NCBI RefSeq assembly: GCF_964213995.1 | Contig: NC_135804.1 | Coordinates: forward strand, 111,104,001 to 111,168,000 | Origin: Mustelus asterias | Taxonomy: Eukaryota | Direction: 5' to 3' | Length of the DNA stretch: 64,000 nt | Shown here: positions 36,881 to 49,305 of the stretch, piece by piece | How the letters are laid out: the number at the start of each line of letters is the position of its first letter | Position numbering within the stretch: position 1 is the first letter of the stretch | Position numbers and translations under genes: made by a program | The notes under the pieces: model-generated | The model's database searches: none | What the model was told of the DNA's origin: nothing | The model's input: the letters and a program-made list of their open reading frames with translations, nothing else

Positions 36881-39398
36881 CCACTCTCTCCTTCAGTTCA
36901 CTGTCACCATCTCAAGGGCAATTAGAGATATTCACTCATGGGATGTGGGAAGTAGAGCCTAAAAAAAACTGCACATTTCTTCCCTTCCAATATTGTGCTC
37001 CTGATCTTCTGACCATCATGGTACATTGTACAAAATCACTTACAAACAGGCCAAAAGGCACAACTTCTCCTAATCCAAAGAACTTTGGGAACATTGAAGG
37101 TGCAACATCCCAATTTATACATTTGAGGTGGTACAGGAAGTACATTTTTAACTTCCAGTATTGCCAAAATAATGATTTAATAATTGGGTTGAGGGGTGTT
37201 TGCCATTGCAGAATATGGTTATGTCATGATTCAGTGCTCAGTGGAACATGTGTCAGAACTGCTAATGGCATTTATAGGCACAGGATACTAGCTTTTCTTT
37301 TTAAATAGAAGATATGATCATTATCAACAAAACCTGGTGGGTACTCCTGTTGAGAACAATTTCCCCATAATGACTATAATACTGCACTATGGTGGTCATA
37401 GAAAACATCACAGGTTATTGAATCCAGGTCAGCACAATCACTGAATAAAACCAGAGATATTAACTTGAACATACCTAGCAAGTACACTTTGCAAGAATTT
37501 ATTTTTAGTTTCATAGTTTTAACTCTGATCTTTTCAGTAAAAAGTACAAAATTACATTGAGAGGAACAAACAGCCACAAAGGCCAGCTTGGAGGCAGTCA
37601 CATTTTAGATCTCAGTCCAGAAATGTCAAATGGTTATCAGCTGGGGCACTTGCTAATTTTTCTTACCTTCTTCTTGCACACAAGACACAACTGATGTATC
37701 ACGACATGTCACTATTTAACATCACAACTGAATAGTTGAACAACAAAAAAAGAACCGTGGTTTTAAGAGATGTGGAAGATTGTTATTCAGTAAAATGACT
37801 GAGCAAGCAAAAGTGAAGTGTTGAGGCAATTATACTTGTCGATCAGCTGCTAACATTTACATTTAGATACCATGTGAACTGAATGAGCCTGAGATGCACT
37901 GACCCTCTATTCTGTATGTCATCCATTCCACTTTTTAAAGTTTGCAAACAAACTTGTGTCTCAAACCATGTCGGTCTAGCCAGAATCCAAGACGATTTGA
38001 TAGTCCTGCTGTTTAATCCCAACTACCCACATCAGCTGTCACTTTTCAGCCTGCACAAACCACGAAAAGAACGCTTGCAGGATTCCCGTCTGGCAGCTGT
38101 AAAGTGACAGACATTAGCAGCTGCGTTTAATACACTGGCACAAAGTAGATCTGTATGTAATCAAATGAGGGTAAGGTAAAAATGTTTCTTGGGACATTCT
38201 TGTATCAGTTCCAAAATTCAGTCCAAAAAAGATAGTGCTCTACTTATTTCCAAACCAATCATCCCTGTACCCTAGTATCCAGCATCTCCCCATGTGCCCA
38301 TTTTTAAAACAAGTGTTAGTAAGCAAGACAACAAGGAGATGAAAACAAAGTCCAAACCTTTATACTTTATAGTACAGATCATCTAAAAGTCATCAAGATC
38401 AGTAACCCGAGCTGACTTTTCTACCATTGGCTAGAACACTACAGAATTATGATCAGGCAAAAATGGATGCTGAGCCAAACTAGGACATGTTAGGAAGGTG
38501 ATCAAAAGTTTTATGCAAGAGTGAAACATTTAAGGAGAAATTGTATAGTGTGGAGCCTAAATAATTGGTGGCATAGGTCAACAAGAGGTCAGAATGGAAG
38601 AGCAGGGTTTGTGGGGGAGGATCAGTGTTGGTGGTCAGGTCGTAGGGCTCAAGGAAGCTATGGAAAAACAGCAGAGGGATAAGGCCATATGTAGGGATCC
38701 AAATACAGGGTTAAAAATTTTAAATTTGACGCATTTGGGAAACAAGCCAATGTCAATCAGCAGTGATGTGACTTGTTTTGTTATACAATATGCGTGAGCT
38801 GGAGTTTACAGAGGAAAGAGGATAGAAATAAAGTATTGGAATAGTAAATTTTAAAGGTATTAGAAGCTCACCTCATTGTCTAATAGAATAGAAAGATTGC
38901 ACTTATTCTGGTTTAACTCAAGGTAGTGGTCAAGGAGGGTGATAGAACGATTGCAAAGGGTAGAGTGTTTTTGGTGGGTTTAATGGCATCAGATTCAATC
39001 TTGTCAATACAGAACAGGGATTGATGGTGACAATATTAGTTGGAACAACCAAAATGGGGAGTGTAAAGATTTTATTGGGTATGAGCGTTTTATAAATGGA
39101 GATAATCAATTGCTGCAGAAATATGGAAAATGGGGGGGCAAAGGCTCAGTTGTTGGTACCTTGGACCTTCATAAGGGACATGAAGGCAATTATGCATTAA
39201 CCACTGGACATATCTCCCTTACGATAAGCACTGGTTTCATCTTAAGGTCAGTAAAGGCCAACATAAAGTTCAACATCAGCATATATATTATTCAGGATCT
39301 ACAGCATTTAACTTTCCTCAAATTATAAACAAAAGCTTGTACTGCAACCAATCAGAACAAGGAATTACCCAATGAATCTGACTATAGATACAGACATG

Positions 39399-39697
39399 GG
39401 GGCGGCATGGTGCACAGTGGTTAGCACTGCTGCCTCACAGCGCTAGGGACCCAGGTTCAATTTCAGCCTCGGGTCACTGTGTGGAGTTTGCACCTTCTCT
39501 CCGTGTCTGCGTGGGTTTCCTCCCACAGTCTAAAGATGTGCAGGTTAGGTTGATTGGCCATGCTAAATTGACCCTAGTGTCAAGGGGATTATCAGGGTAA
39601 ATACGTGGGGTTACAGGAATAAAGCCTGGATGGGATTGTGGTCAGTACAGGCCCAATGGGCCAAGTAGCCTCCTTCTGTACCGTAGAGATTCTATGA
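39399..39697 (+). mobile_element. HE1/V-SINE-type SINE
   Basis: gggcggcatggtgcacagtggttagcactgctgcc head through the CR1-like tail. Confidence 0.9.
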
Positions 39698-40420
39698 CAA
39701 AACACCTGTGTATTGTAGCCCAATTAGTAAACTCTGTTTGACCTGAGAAGTCAGGTCTCTTCCTCAATTGTTCAGAGCAAACTAACAAATGTCCTGAGGT
39801 TGTAAAAGGCACTAAATCAAAAGCAAGTTTTATCTTTCTCTCTCTATCAAATGACGTGTACCACTCAGTATATTAGTAGAATTGATTTCTTTGGTCAGAT
39901 ATCATCAGTCTTCAAACAATCAATTCAAGATAAACTATTGGTATGAAAAGTTTGAATTATAATCAATGTGCCTCTAATTTTGCACTGTGCAGTCCCTTTG
40001 CACAACCATGCATGCAAACATCCCAAATTACTGTGCAGCCACACTCCCGTGCAGTTTAGAGAAAATATTGGTTATAACAGATTGACTGTAATATAAGATA
40101 TATAATAATAAATAATATAAGTAAATGACAAGATATTGAAGCAGCCGGGAAACTGAAAGTAAAAAACAAATCAGATGAAACTGAAAATATACAGCAGGGC
40201 AGACAGCACATACCAGTCAACGTTTTGGACATAACAATACCACTGACTGCTCGTATGTTTAATTACAACCAATCTGCTATAACCAATATTCTCTTCAAGC
40301 TGCATGGGAGTGTGGCTGTACAGTAATGATGTGGAGATGCCGGCGTTGGACTGGGGTAAGCACAGTAAGAAGTCTCACAACACCAGGTTAAAGTCCAACA
40401 GGTTTATTTGGTAGCAAATA

Positions 40421-40459
40421 CCATAAGCTTTCGGAGCTTGCTGCTCCTTCGTCAGATGG
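40421..40459 (-). ncRNA. Minimal hammerhead ribozyme motif (mirror copy, sense to FUNDC2 pre-mRNA)
   Basis: Exact reverse complement of 40581-40619. Confidence 0.75.
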
Positions 40460-40580
40460 AGTGGTCTCTGTTCTCCAACAGTGCACAGACACAGAAATCA
40501 AGTTACAGAATACTAATTAGAATGCAGTATTCTGTAACTTGATTTCTGTGTCTGTGCACTGTTGGAGAACAGAGACCACT

Positions 40581-40619
40581 CCATCTGACGAAGGAGCAGC
40601 AAGCTCCGAAAGCTTATGG
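40581..40619 (+). ncRNA. Minimal hammerhead ribozyme motif (PLE-associated)
   Basis: CCAT-CTGACGA-A-GGAGC(agcaa)GCTCC-GAAA-GC-TT-ATGG: intact core, helix II, 4-bp helix I and palindromic AGCT helix III. Confidence 0.75.
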
Positions 40620-40929
40620 TATTTGCTACCAAATAAACCTGTTGGACTTTAACCTGGTGTTGTGAGACTTCTTACTGTGCTGTACAGTAATCCAGGGCTA
40701 TGCAGCACCACAAACAGGTTGGGGACAATGATCATTCCATTTCAGATGCTTGCATGAATGGTTGTGCAAAGGGCTGCACAGTACAAAATTAGAGGCATGT
40801 CGGTTATAATTCAGGCTTTCCCCATCAATAGTTTATCTTGAATTGATTGTTTGAAAGCTGATGATATCTGATCAAAAGAAATCAATTCTACTAATGTTCT
40901 GAATGTTACATGTCATTTGATAGAGAAAG

Positions 40930-41240
40930 AAAAAACTTGCATTTGATTCGTGCCTTTTACAACCTCAGGACATTCTAAAGCACTTTACAGCCAATGAAGT
41001 ATTTTTGAAGCACGATCACTGTTGTAATGTAAGAAACATAACAGCCAATACATGCAGCAAGCTCCTATATTAGCAATGTGATAATGACCAGAAAAGCCTG
41101 TTTTTATGACGCGATGAAGAAATAAATACTGGCCATACACTGGATTGACTTTCCTCCTCTTATACAAAATAGTGCGATGGGATCTTTCACATCCACCTGA
41201 GATAGTTGACAAAGGCCTCGGTTCAGTGTCTCATCCAACA
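40930..41240 (-). mobile_element. Deu-domain SINE (SacSINE1/AmnSINE1-like)
   Basis: cttgcattt...cactttacagccaatgaagtatttttgaag...gggatctttcacatccacctgag...ggcctcggttcagtgtctcatcc matches the DeuSINE pattern as I recall it. Confidence 0.7.
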
Positions 41241-41330
41241 GGTTTAACAGTTAACCCCAAAATAGAGAACACTGCCCACTGGAGATGAGGTACCATTACT
41301 GTGTAACAAGATTGTATTATTAATGTTTAG

Positions 41331-41700
41331 CACTGACACTATTACAGTATCAGGCACTAATATAAACTGACATTATTGCCATTTATATATCACTGACACT
41401 ATTACAGTATCAAACCCTAATAGACTATAAACAACAGTAATGTCAGTCTATTAGTTTTTGATACTGTAATAGTGTCAGTGATAAACAATATAAACAACAG
41501 TAATGTCATTGTTTATCACTGACACTATTACAGTATCAAACACTAATATAAACTGACATTACACTAGTTATATTGTTTAACACTGACAGTTACAGCATCA
41601 GACACTAATATAAACTGACATTACTGTACAGTTTATATGGTTTATCACTGACACTATTACAGTATCAAACATTAATATAAACTGACAGTACAGTTTATAC
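41331..41700. repeat. ~60-65-bp minisatellite with one inverted unit
   Basis: Unit cactgacactattacagtatcaaacactaatataaactgacatta at 41331, 41391, 41517, 41581 and 41646. Reverse-complement unit at about 41427-41507. Confidence 0.92.
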
Positions 41701-41719
41701 ATGAATAATTGACATGTCT

Positions 41720-42030
41720 GGGTCCACGCCAGGCCTGTCCATGGCGAGCTTGTCGGTGTAACCTTGACTTGACACCTAAATTTTCGACCTGCTGCCCGCT
41801 GCTCTTTCCCCGCCGCCTCTCGCTTCCCCTTTGCGGTCTCCCTCAGCCCGCATGACGAACATCAGTTTCCCAGCGCCGCTAACAGTCCATTTCCTCACCT
41901 TTCGCCTCCGCCATCCTGCTCTGCCCCCTCACCCGGAAACACTCCTCCCACACCAGCGGAAATAGATAGAATCCAACCGTTGCCTGGGGCCGCGTCACCG
42001 TGAGCATGCGCTGTTAGTCATCCAGTTTGA
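41720..42030 (-). promoter_or_regulatory. FUNDC2 CpG-island promoter
   Basis: CpG-rich patch around exon 1. ETS/GABP-like CCGGAA near 41933 and GCGGAA near 41956. NRF1-like GAGCATGCGC at 42002-42011. These motifs are typical of nuclear-encoded mitochondrial gene promoters. Confidence 0.7.
41899..41914 (-). CDS. FUNDC2: FUNDC2 coding exon 1
   Basis: AGGATGGCG start inside a CpG island. Encodes MAEAK plus G. G|GTGAGG donor; the phase matches exon 2. Confidence 0.85.
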
Positions 42031-42036
42031 CAACCA

Positions 42037-43030
42037 GGCCTGTCAGCATTAGGATCAGTCTGTCTGGGTCTGCCAGGGTCAGTCTGCCAGGATCACTGTC
42101 TGGCTCACTGCCAGGATCAGTCTGCCAGGGTCACTGCCAGGGTCACTGTCTGGGTCACTGCCAGGATCAGTCTGCCAGGGTCACTGTCTGGGTCACTGCC
42201 AGGGTCAGTCTGCCAGGGTCACTGTCTGGATCAGTCTGCCAGGGTCACTGCCAGGATCAGTCCGCCAGGGTCAGTCTGCCAGGGTCACTGCCAGGATCAG
42301 TCTGCCAGGGTCACTGTCTGGCTCACTGCCAGGATCAGTCTGTCAGGGTCACTGTCTGGGTCACTGCCTGGATCAGTCTGCCAGGGTCACTGCCAGGATC
42401 AGTCTGCCTGGGTCACTGTCTGGGTCACTGCCAGGGTCACTGCCAGGGCCACTGCCTGGGTCACTGCCAGGATCAGTCTGCAAGGGTCACTGCCTGGGTC
42501 ATTGCCAGGATCAGTCTGCCAGGGTGAGTCTGCCAGTGTCACTGTCTGGGTCACTGCCAGGAACAATCTGCCAGGGTGACTGTCTGGGTCACTGCCAGGA
42601 ACAATCTGCCAGGGTCACTGCCTGGGTCATTGCCAGGAACAGTCTGCCAGGGTCACTGCCTGGGACACTGCCAGGATCAGTCTGCCAGGGTCACTGCCTG
42701 GGTCATTGCCAGGATCAGTCTGCCAGGGTGACTCTGCCAGTGTCACTCTGCCAGGGTCAGTCTGCCAGGGTTACTGCCTGGGTCACTGCCAGGAACAGTC
42801 TGTCAGGATTACTCTGTCAGGGTCAATCTGCTTGGGTCAACATGAAGTTCATTCTGCCAGGGTCATTCTGAGGATCACTCTGCCAGGATCACTCTGCCTG
42901 GGCCAGTCTGCCATGGTAAGTCTGCCAGGGTCGATCAACCCAGATCAGTCTGTCAGGGTCAGTCTGCCAGAGTCAGCATGCCAGTGTCCACATGCTAGGG
43001 TCAGCCTGCCAAGGCTAGTCTTCCAGGATC
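42037..43030. repeat. GC-rich satellite of 12-14-bp units (CTGCCAGGGTCA / CTGTCTGGGTCA / CTGCCAGGATCAGT)
   Basis: Directly visible; homogeneous from 42050 to 42800 and degenerating distally. Confidence 0.95.
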
Positions 43031-43406
43031 TGCCTGCAGCTGCATGTGGTGAGAGAAGAATAGAGGCCACTCCCGCAATGTTTTCTCTTACGTGTAATCC
43101 ATTTTGATTAAAGAATTAGAACTCCATAGATATTGGTTACGTGCATTGTTAAGATATTTATATAATAGTGATGCAAATTATTATATAGCACCAGTTTTAC
43201 ACTATTGTTAGTGACATACAATGTTAATGAATCATGTTATGTGAGATAATGATGCATATAATTAAAATGTTGGCAGCAGAAAAACTGAATGGCATGTTTC
43301 CATGTTGTAATTTTGATGTAATTCTTCAATTCATTGTACAATAAAGGAGGCTATTCAGTCTATCATACCTATGCTTGCTCTTTTGAAAGACTTATCCCAT
43401 TACACC

Positions 43407-43725
43407 TAGAATCATAGAATCCCTACAGTGCAGAAGGAGGCCACTCAGCCCATCGAGTCTGCACCGACCACAATCCCACACAGGCCCTACTACCATAACC
43501 CCACATATTTACCTGCTAATCTCCCTGACACTAGGGTCAATTTAGCATGGCCAATCCTCCTAACCTGCACATCTTTGGACTGTGGGAGGAAACCGGAGCA
43601 CCCAGGGGAAACCCACACAGACACGGGGAGAATGTGCAAACTCCACACAGACAGTGACCCGAGGCCGGAATTGAACCCGGATCCCTGGCACTGTGAGGCA
43701 GCAGTGCTAACCACTGTGCCACCGT
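43407..43725 (-). mobile_element. HE1/V-SINE-type SINE
   Basis: Full head, core and tail on the - strand. Confidence 0.92.
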
Positions 43726-44249
43726 ACCACCGTAGTCTCCTTTCTCTTCCCACAGCCCTATCAATAATTCAATTTTGGAAGATGGCTTTGCACTTTCTGT
43801 CTATATGCCAATGTATCTGTCTACCTAACAAATCACCTATTTTATCACTTGTCTTTCTAACCAGTCATCACCTGTATTTACCAATCTAACCACCTTGTAG
43901 ATTCAAGTCCCACATGAGCACAAAAGAAATGATGGACGTTCCTGTGCAGTTAAACACCACTTGGAACAAACACATATGCAGCAAGGGCACAGAATGCACT
44001 TGGGGTAAAGTGGGGTGGGGAGGTGATTCAATGTTCATGGCTCAGTCACACCAGTATTGACTGAGCTGGTCGATCCCTGAAGAATTGCCAGACTAAATCT
44101 GCAGCAGGGGGTGAAGGGAAACACAAGGGAAAAACCCAAATGACTTCATTCTCAGTAATGTACCTGTCAAAGATGCATTTATCCATGATGAAAATTGTTA
44201 AGAGTGACCACCATGTAGTCCTTGAGAAGACAAAGTACCATCCTCACAC

Positions 44250-46190
44250 TAAGGACAACATCCATCATGCGTGTGGTACCACCACTGTACTAAATGGGTC
44301 ATCAGGAGAATCCTCCTCAACCGTCTCCTCCCAGTGGCTGAAGAGCTTTTCCCTGAGTTTCAGTGCAGCTTCCGCCCATCAAGAGGCATAATGGACATAT
44401 CTTCAGCATGCGACAAATCCAGGAAAAGTTCATGGAGTAACATCAACCTCTGTGCATGGTCTTCTTCAAACGCACAAAGGCCTTCAACTTTGTCAACCAC
44501 GAGGGATTGTGAAACATCCCTCTCAAATTCAGCTGCCCCCAGAAATTTATCACCATTCTCTGCCTGCTTCACAATGACATCCAAACCATGATCCTCACCA
44601 ACGGGACCACCACAGACCCATATGAGAACAAACGGGTTATACAGGGTGGTATCATCACACCAATGCTCTTCTCCACCTTCCTCGCAGCAACACTCCATCC
44701 CATCACCCTGAAGCTCCCCGCTGGAGTGGAGCTAACCTACCAGACAAGCAGGAAACTTTTCAACTTCAGATGCTGCAAGGCCATAATCAGGACCACCCCA
44801 ACTCTGTAATTGAGCTGCAGTACACAGATAACGCCTGTGTGAGCATACACTTCGTGGCTGAACTACAAACCATCGTTGGTGCATTCGCCGAAGCATATGA
44901 GAGAATGGGCCTCAGACTAATCTTCCAGAAAACAAAGGTTCACAACCAGCCCACTCCTGCCACATAAACTGCCCCCAACCATCAAGATCCACGGTGAACC
45001 CCTGAACAACATATACCATTGGTTGTGGAATTGCTTATCTCTACTTTTAGCATGTTGCTTTCGCTACTTGTACTTCTGTGCTATATCTTGGGACTTTCGG
45101 TTCAGGCAGACATCGACAATGAAATCCAATATCGAACTCAATGCGCCAGTGCAGTCTTCGGACACATGAGGAACAGAGCATTTTAAGACCGAGGCCTCAA
45201 TTCCAGCACCAAGGTCATGGTCTACAGAACAGCCATGGTCCCTGCCCACCTGTATGCATCAGAAGCATGGACAATGTACAGCAGACACCTCAAATCCCTG
45301 GAGAGATTTCACCAATGTTGCCTCCACAATATCCTGCACATCCACTGGCAGGCTAGGCGTACCAATGTGAGCGTCCTCTCACAGGTCAATATCCCAAGTA
45401 TTGAGACACTGGTCAGCCCTCGACTAGCTGCATTGGGTGGGCCACATTGTCCGCATTCCCGACACAAAACTCCCGAAACAAGTGAATCATAGAATCCTAC
45501 AGTGCAGAAAGAGGCCATTCGGCCCATCGAGTCTGCACCAAGCACAATCCCACCCAGGCCCTATCCACATATTTACCCACTAACCCCTCTAACCTATGCA
45601 TCCCGGGACACTAAGGGGCAATTTAGAATGACCAATCAACCTAGCCCGCACATCTTTGGACTGTGGGAGGAAACCGGAGCACCCGGAGGAAACCCATGCA
45701 GACACAGGGAGAATGTGCAAACTCCACACAGACAGCGACCCGAGCCAGGATTCGAACCCAGGTCCCTGGAGCTGTGAAGCAGCAGTTCTAACCACTGTGC
45801 TACCGTGCCGCCCAAGTGCTCTACTCTGAGCTCCGCAATGGCAAGCCATCACTAGGAAGGCCAAAGAAACACTACAAGGACACTCTGAAAGCCTCCCTAA
45901 ATAAATGCAACATCCCCATGGACATGTTGGAATTGCTTGCCTTAGCACAAACTGGAAAAGCAGCATCTGCAAAGGTGCCAATCACCTCGAGCATCACTGG
46001 ATGGAACATGCGGATGCTAAATGGAAACAGCAGAAAGAGAGCACAATTCTGGAGTGTCCCACCTCATCAAACACTACCTGTCAAACCTGTGGCAGTGTTC
46101 TCCAAGACTGGACTATTCAGCCACCACAGAACTCACCTCCACGAAGTGGAAGCAAGTCATCCTCAACCCTGAGGGACTGTCAAAGAAAGA
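44250..46190 (+). mobile_element. Decayed RTE-clade LINE with SINE insertion at 45484-45813 (-)
   Basis: RILLNRLLPVAEE..QCSFRPSRG, LQYTDNA, LYASEAWTMYSRHLKSLERFHQCCL and LYSELRNGK..GRPKKHYKDTLKASL, plus a C-terminal C2H2-like motif. Confidence 0.88.
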
Positions 46191-48296
46191 AATGGGATCG
46201 ATTCATAACAGGTCTAGCAGCTCAAAACTGAATTGTGGCTGACCATCAGCAGCAGCAGAATTGTATTTAACCACAGGATGTAATTGCATGGTCCAGCATA
46301 TCCCTCACCTCCCCATTGCCATTGAACCTGGAGACTTCAATGGTGAGTGCAGAAGACCGTGCTAGGAACAAACCAGGCATACCTAAAAATGAGGTGCCAA
46401 CCCAGTGAGGCTATAGCACGGAAGTACAAGCAGCAGAAGCAACATGCTAAAAGTAGTGCTAAGCAACTCCACCACCAATGGTTATGATCAAAGCTCTGCA
46501 GCCCTGACACATGCAATCTTGAATAATGATGGACAATTCCCATCTTCAATGAGAGGCTTAGCCCAGTACATCAATGCGAGCTGAAGTGTCTGCAACCATT
46601 TTCAGCTACAAGTGCCAAGGGGAGGTTCCATATTGGCCTTTTCCTGCGGCCCCACCCTCACAATCTTCAGCTTGAAGTTGAATTCCAAAAGTGAGGTGAG
46701 AGTGATTTCCCTTGACATCAAGGTAGCATTTAGCCGAATGTAGCATCAAGGAATGCTAGTAAAATTGAAATCAAAATGGCACATCTGATGATGCAGCACT
46801 CCCCAATAACTTATAATTTTTCTCAGTTCTGGGATGTGTGTGTTACTGGCAAGGCCAGCAATTATAGTGCATCCCTAATTACCTTTGAGAAGATGGTGGT
46901 AAGATGCCTTCTTGAACCACTGCAGTCCACATGGTTCTGGGTGAAAATCCTCAAATAGGCTCCCCAACAACCTAGTTGTCCCATTTCTGAGATGAGAATT
47001 TAAGCTGATGTTTTGTTTTCTCTCTCATGCGGCCAATATTTATCCCTCAATCAGCATGAAAACAGAGTATCTGGTCAATCTCATATAGTGGTTGGGGGAG
47101 CTTGATGTATGAAAATTGGTTGCTGTGTATTCTGCATCACAACCAATGTTCAGCTGACATACAGCAATCTGGAAAGTTCCGTACAGGCCTTATTCAGTCT
47201 TAAATATGGTGTGCATTGTCATGCAAGAAAATGTAAAGACACAGAGAACAACAATGAAATGTTACAAGAAATATTAATTACAAAAGTGACTATGCTTCAA
47301 AAGTACTAATTAATTGTGGAGAACTTAAAAAGGCTAATTATATTATGGTGGCATCCTCTGGCTTTTGGAACAGTTGCAGATACACAAGCTCTCATTGATT
47401 TAGCAAAAAACAATTAGTCCCATTGATCTCGGGATGTGTGTGTTCCAAGTAGGGGATCAGTAATAATTACAAAAATGTTTACATATCTTGCCTGCTGATG
47501 CTGCGAATCATTCTCTTTCCACAGCTACTCTTTCCTCCCAAGTATGCCTTCACAATTGCTACTGCTTCACTATTGCTATTGCTTAGCATACTGAAAGCAT
47601 GGCATAATTTACCAGTAATTAGGAAATGCTTTTCATGTGTTACGATAACACTTGTCTGTCCAACCCCTCAAAAATTTTTACCCATGTATAAATCGACCCC
47701 CTACTTTTTGCCTAAAGATTTGGCCTAAAAAACTTGACTGACACAAGTACATACATGAGTATATAATTCATGTGGGGGCCTGTTGTTGGTTACACGTGGG
47801 CAGCTGATTTAATCTCCGTGGTGCACACAGAGCTGTTGGTTGCTGATCATGAAGTTGATTAGTTGTAGGGTTTTCACACAGTAGATGATTTTGGACAGTT
47901 TCAGCAGTATGTTTGTGTGGCACAGGCACAGAATAAGTCAACAATGGCACCTTCTGGCCTTTCTGGAAACGGGCCTCAAGGTGTGAGGTCAGCGTCAGGA
48001 TCTACAGTTGCGGCCTGTATGAAAACCTGCCTGATGTTGGGGGGTCGGAGGGATAGGGGTTGTGGTTTTCAGAAGGGAGGGCGGTCTTCTAGGGTCTCAG
48101 TATGTTTAGCAGGATGCGTGTCAGGATCTTATATGTTTTTGATAGCAGGGTAATGAGGTGGTAACTGCAAGGGTCATCAAGTGGCTTCCCTAGCTGGGCA
48201 ATGGCCACTATCTTGAATTGCCGTCAGATGTTTGGAATGGTGCCAGTGCTGTGGATGTTGATAAACAGATTGCCAGCAACCTCTTTTCCTGTGATC

Positions 48297-49305
48297 TGGG
48301 CCAGGATTCTCCCAAACAAATTCTAAGTGCCAAATTAAAAACGGGAGTAAGTCCCGCTGGTTTTTTTAGGGTGATTTTCAAAATGAATCTCCCACATTCT
48401 GGGCACTGCAGAGTGCCCTAGCGAGATTCACATTGAAATTCAGTGGGCGGAGAGGCCAGCAGCATAGCACTGAGTGGGCCACTGTGCATGTGCCGATCTG
48501 TCAGTGCTGAGATCGGCGCATGCGCAGTGGCCCCCCACTGCTGGCCTCCCGATCACGAGCTGGCCAACCCACGACCCCCCTACCCACCCAACCGCTGGCC
48601 ACCCGGACCTCTCCCGATGTTCCCCCCGCCAGCCCTGATCTCCCCGATACCTCCCTGCAGCAACCCCACCCCAATGGCCAACTCCAATTAGCCCCTTTCC
48701 TCCCTCTGCCACTGATCCTTATGCAGAGTGGCAACAGGACCCCCCCTTGCCCCAATTTCCCCCCATAGGCCCTGCCTCCATAGGCTGCACCCCATAGACC
48801 CCACCCCCTCTGACCCCACCCTCTTGGCACTATCCGATGCCTATTAGGCAGAGCCAAGTTGCTCCTTGTGCATTGCCACTTTGTCCCTTGGGCAGTGCCA
48901 GGGGGCTAGATTGGCATTGCCAGGCTGGCAATGCCCAGGGGGCATCTCCCTCTTACCCCTGACCTCATGGGGGGACCTCCATGCCCCCCTTCACTCCATC
49001 AGGCCCTGGCTGCCAGTTCCCCATTAGTGGGGTGCTGTTGTAAACCCTGCTGGAGTGAACCACTCCTGGCAAGGGGTGGGGGGGGGGGGGGGGGCGGATC
49101 TCTAGCAGAGACTTTAGTCCCACTAATGGGATTGAAATACTTAAATCAGCTCCACGCCGATTTTCAGCACAGAGCTGACGACGCTGGAAATGCGGATACT
49201 GGAGACGCCATGGTGCCCTGCTGGGAACCCACTAAATGGCCTCTGCTGATGTCTCCCAGCTGCTGTGCTGCTAGAGCAGTGCAGCAGGCTGGGAGAATCG
49301 TTCCC
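48297..49305 (+). mobile_element. Non-autonomous element with short TIRs (putative MITE/DNA transposon)
   Basis: Starts gggccaggattctccc and ends gggagaatcgttccc. Homologous to 1-437. Related termini at 51688/53408 and near 60640. Confidence 0.6.

Larger units (their letters stand above)
40328..40681. mobile_element. Penelope-like pLTR palindrome (perfect 156-bp arms, 11-nt loop)
   Basis: 40359-40514 is the exact reverse complement of 40526-40681. Flanked by the 13-bp TSD gctgtacagtaat (40315-40327, 40679-40691). Confidence 0.95.
39788..40974. repeat. Old inverted duplication (arms 39788-40092 vs 40261-40327 + 40741-40974)
   Basis: Example: ttagtagaattgatttctttggtcagatatcatcag vs ctgatgatatctgatcaaaagaaatcaattctactaa. 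Scattered mismatches throughout. Confidence 0.92.

Noticed and set aside
41331-41700. CRISPR-like look (repeat plus variable spacer)
   Set aside because: Vertebrate intron, spacers are related to each other, one unit is inverted and there are no cas genes. It is a minisatellite.
42027-43107. Three overlapping ORFs (166, 115, 133 aa) with CQGHC/LPGS repeats resembling a Cys-rich protein
   Set aside because: They are translations of the 12-14-bp satellite, whose + strand lacks stop codons. There is no splice or homology support.
47498-47728. Hydrophobic ORF resembling a signal peptide (possible F8 exon 1); similar ORF at 51252-51443
   Set aside because: No F8 A1 motif (RRYY/WDY) and no convincing donor site.
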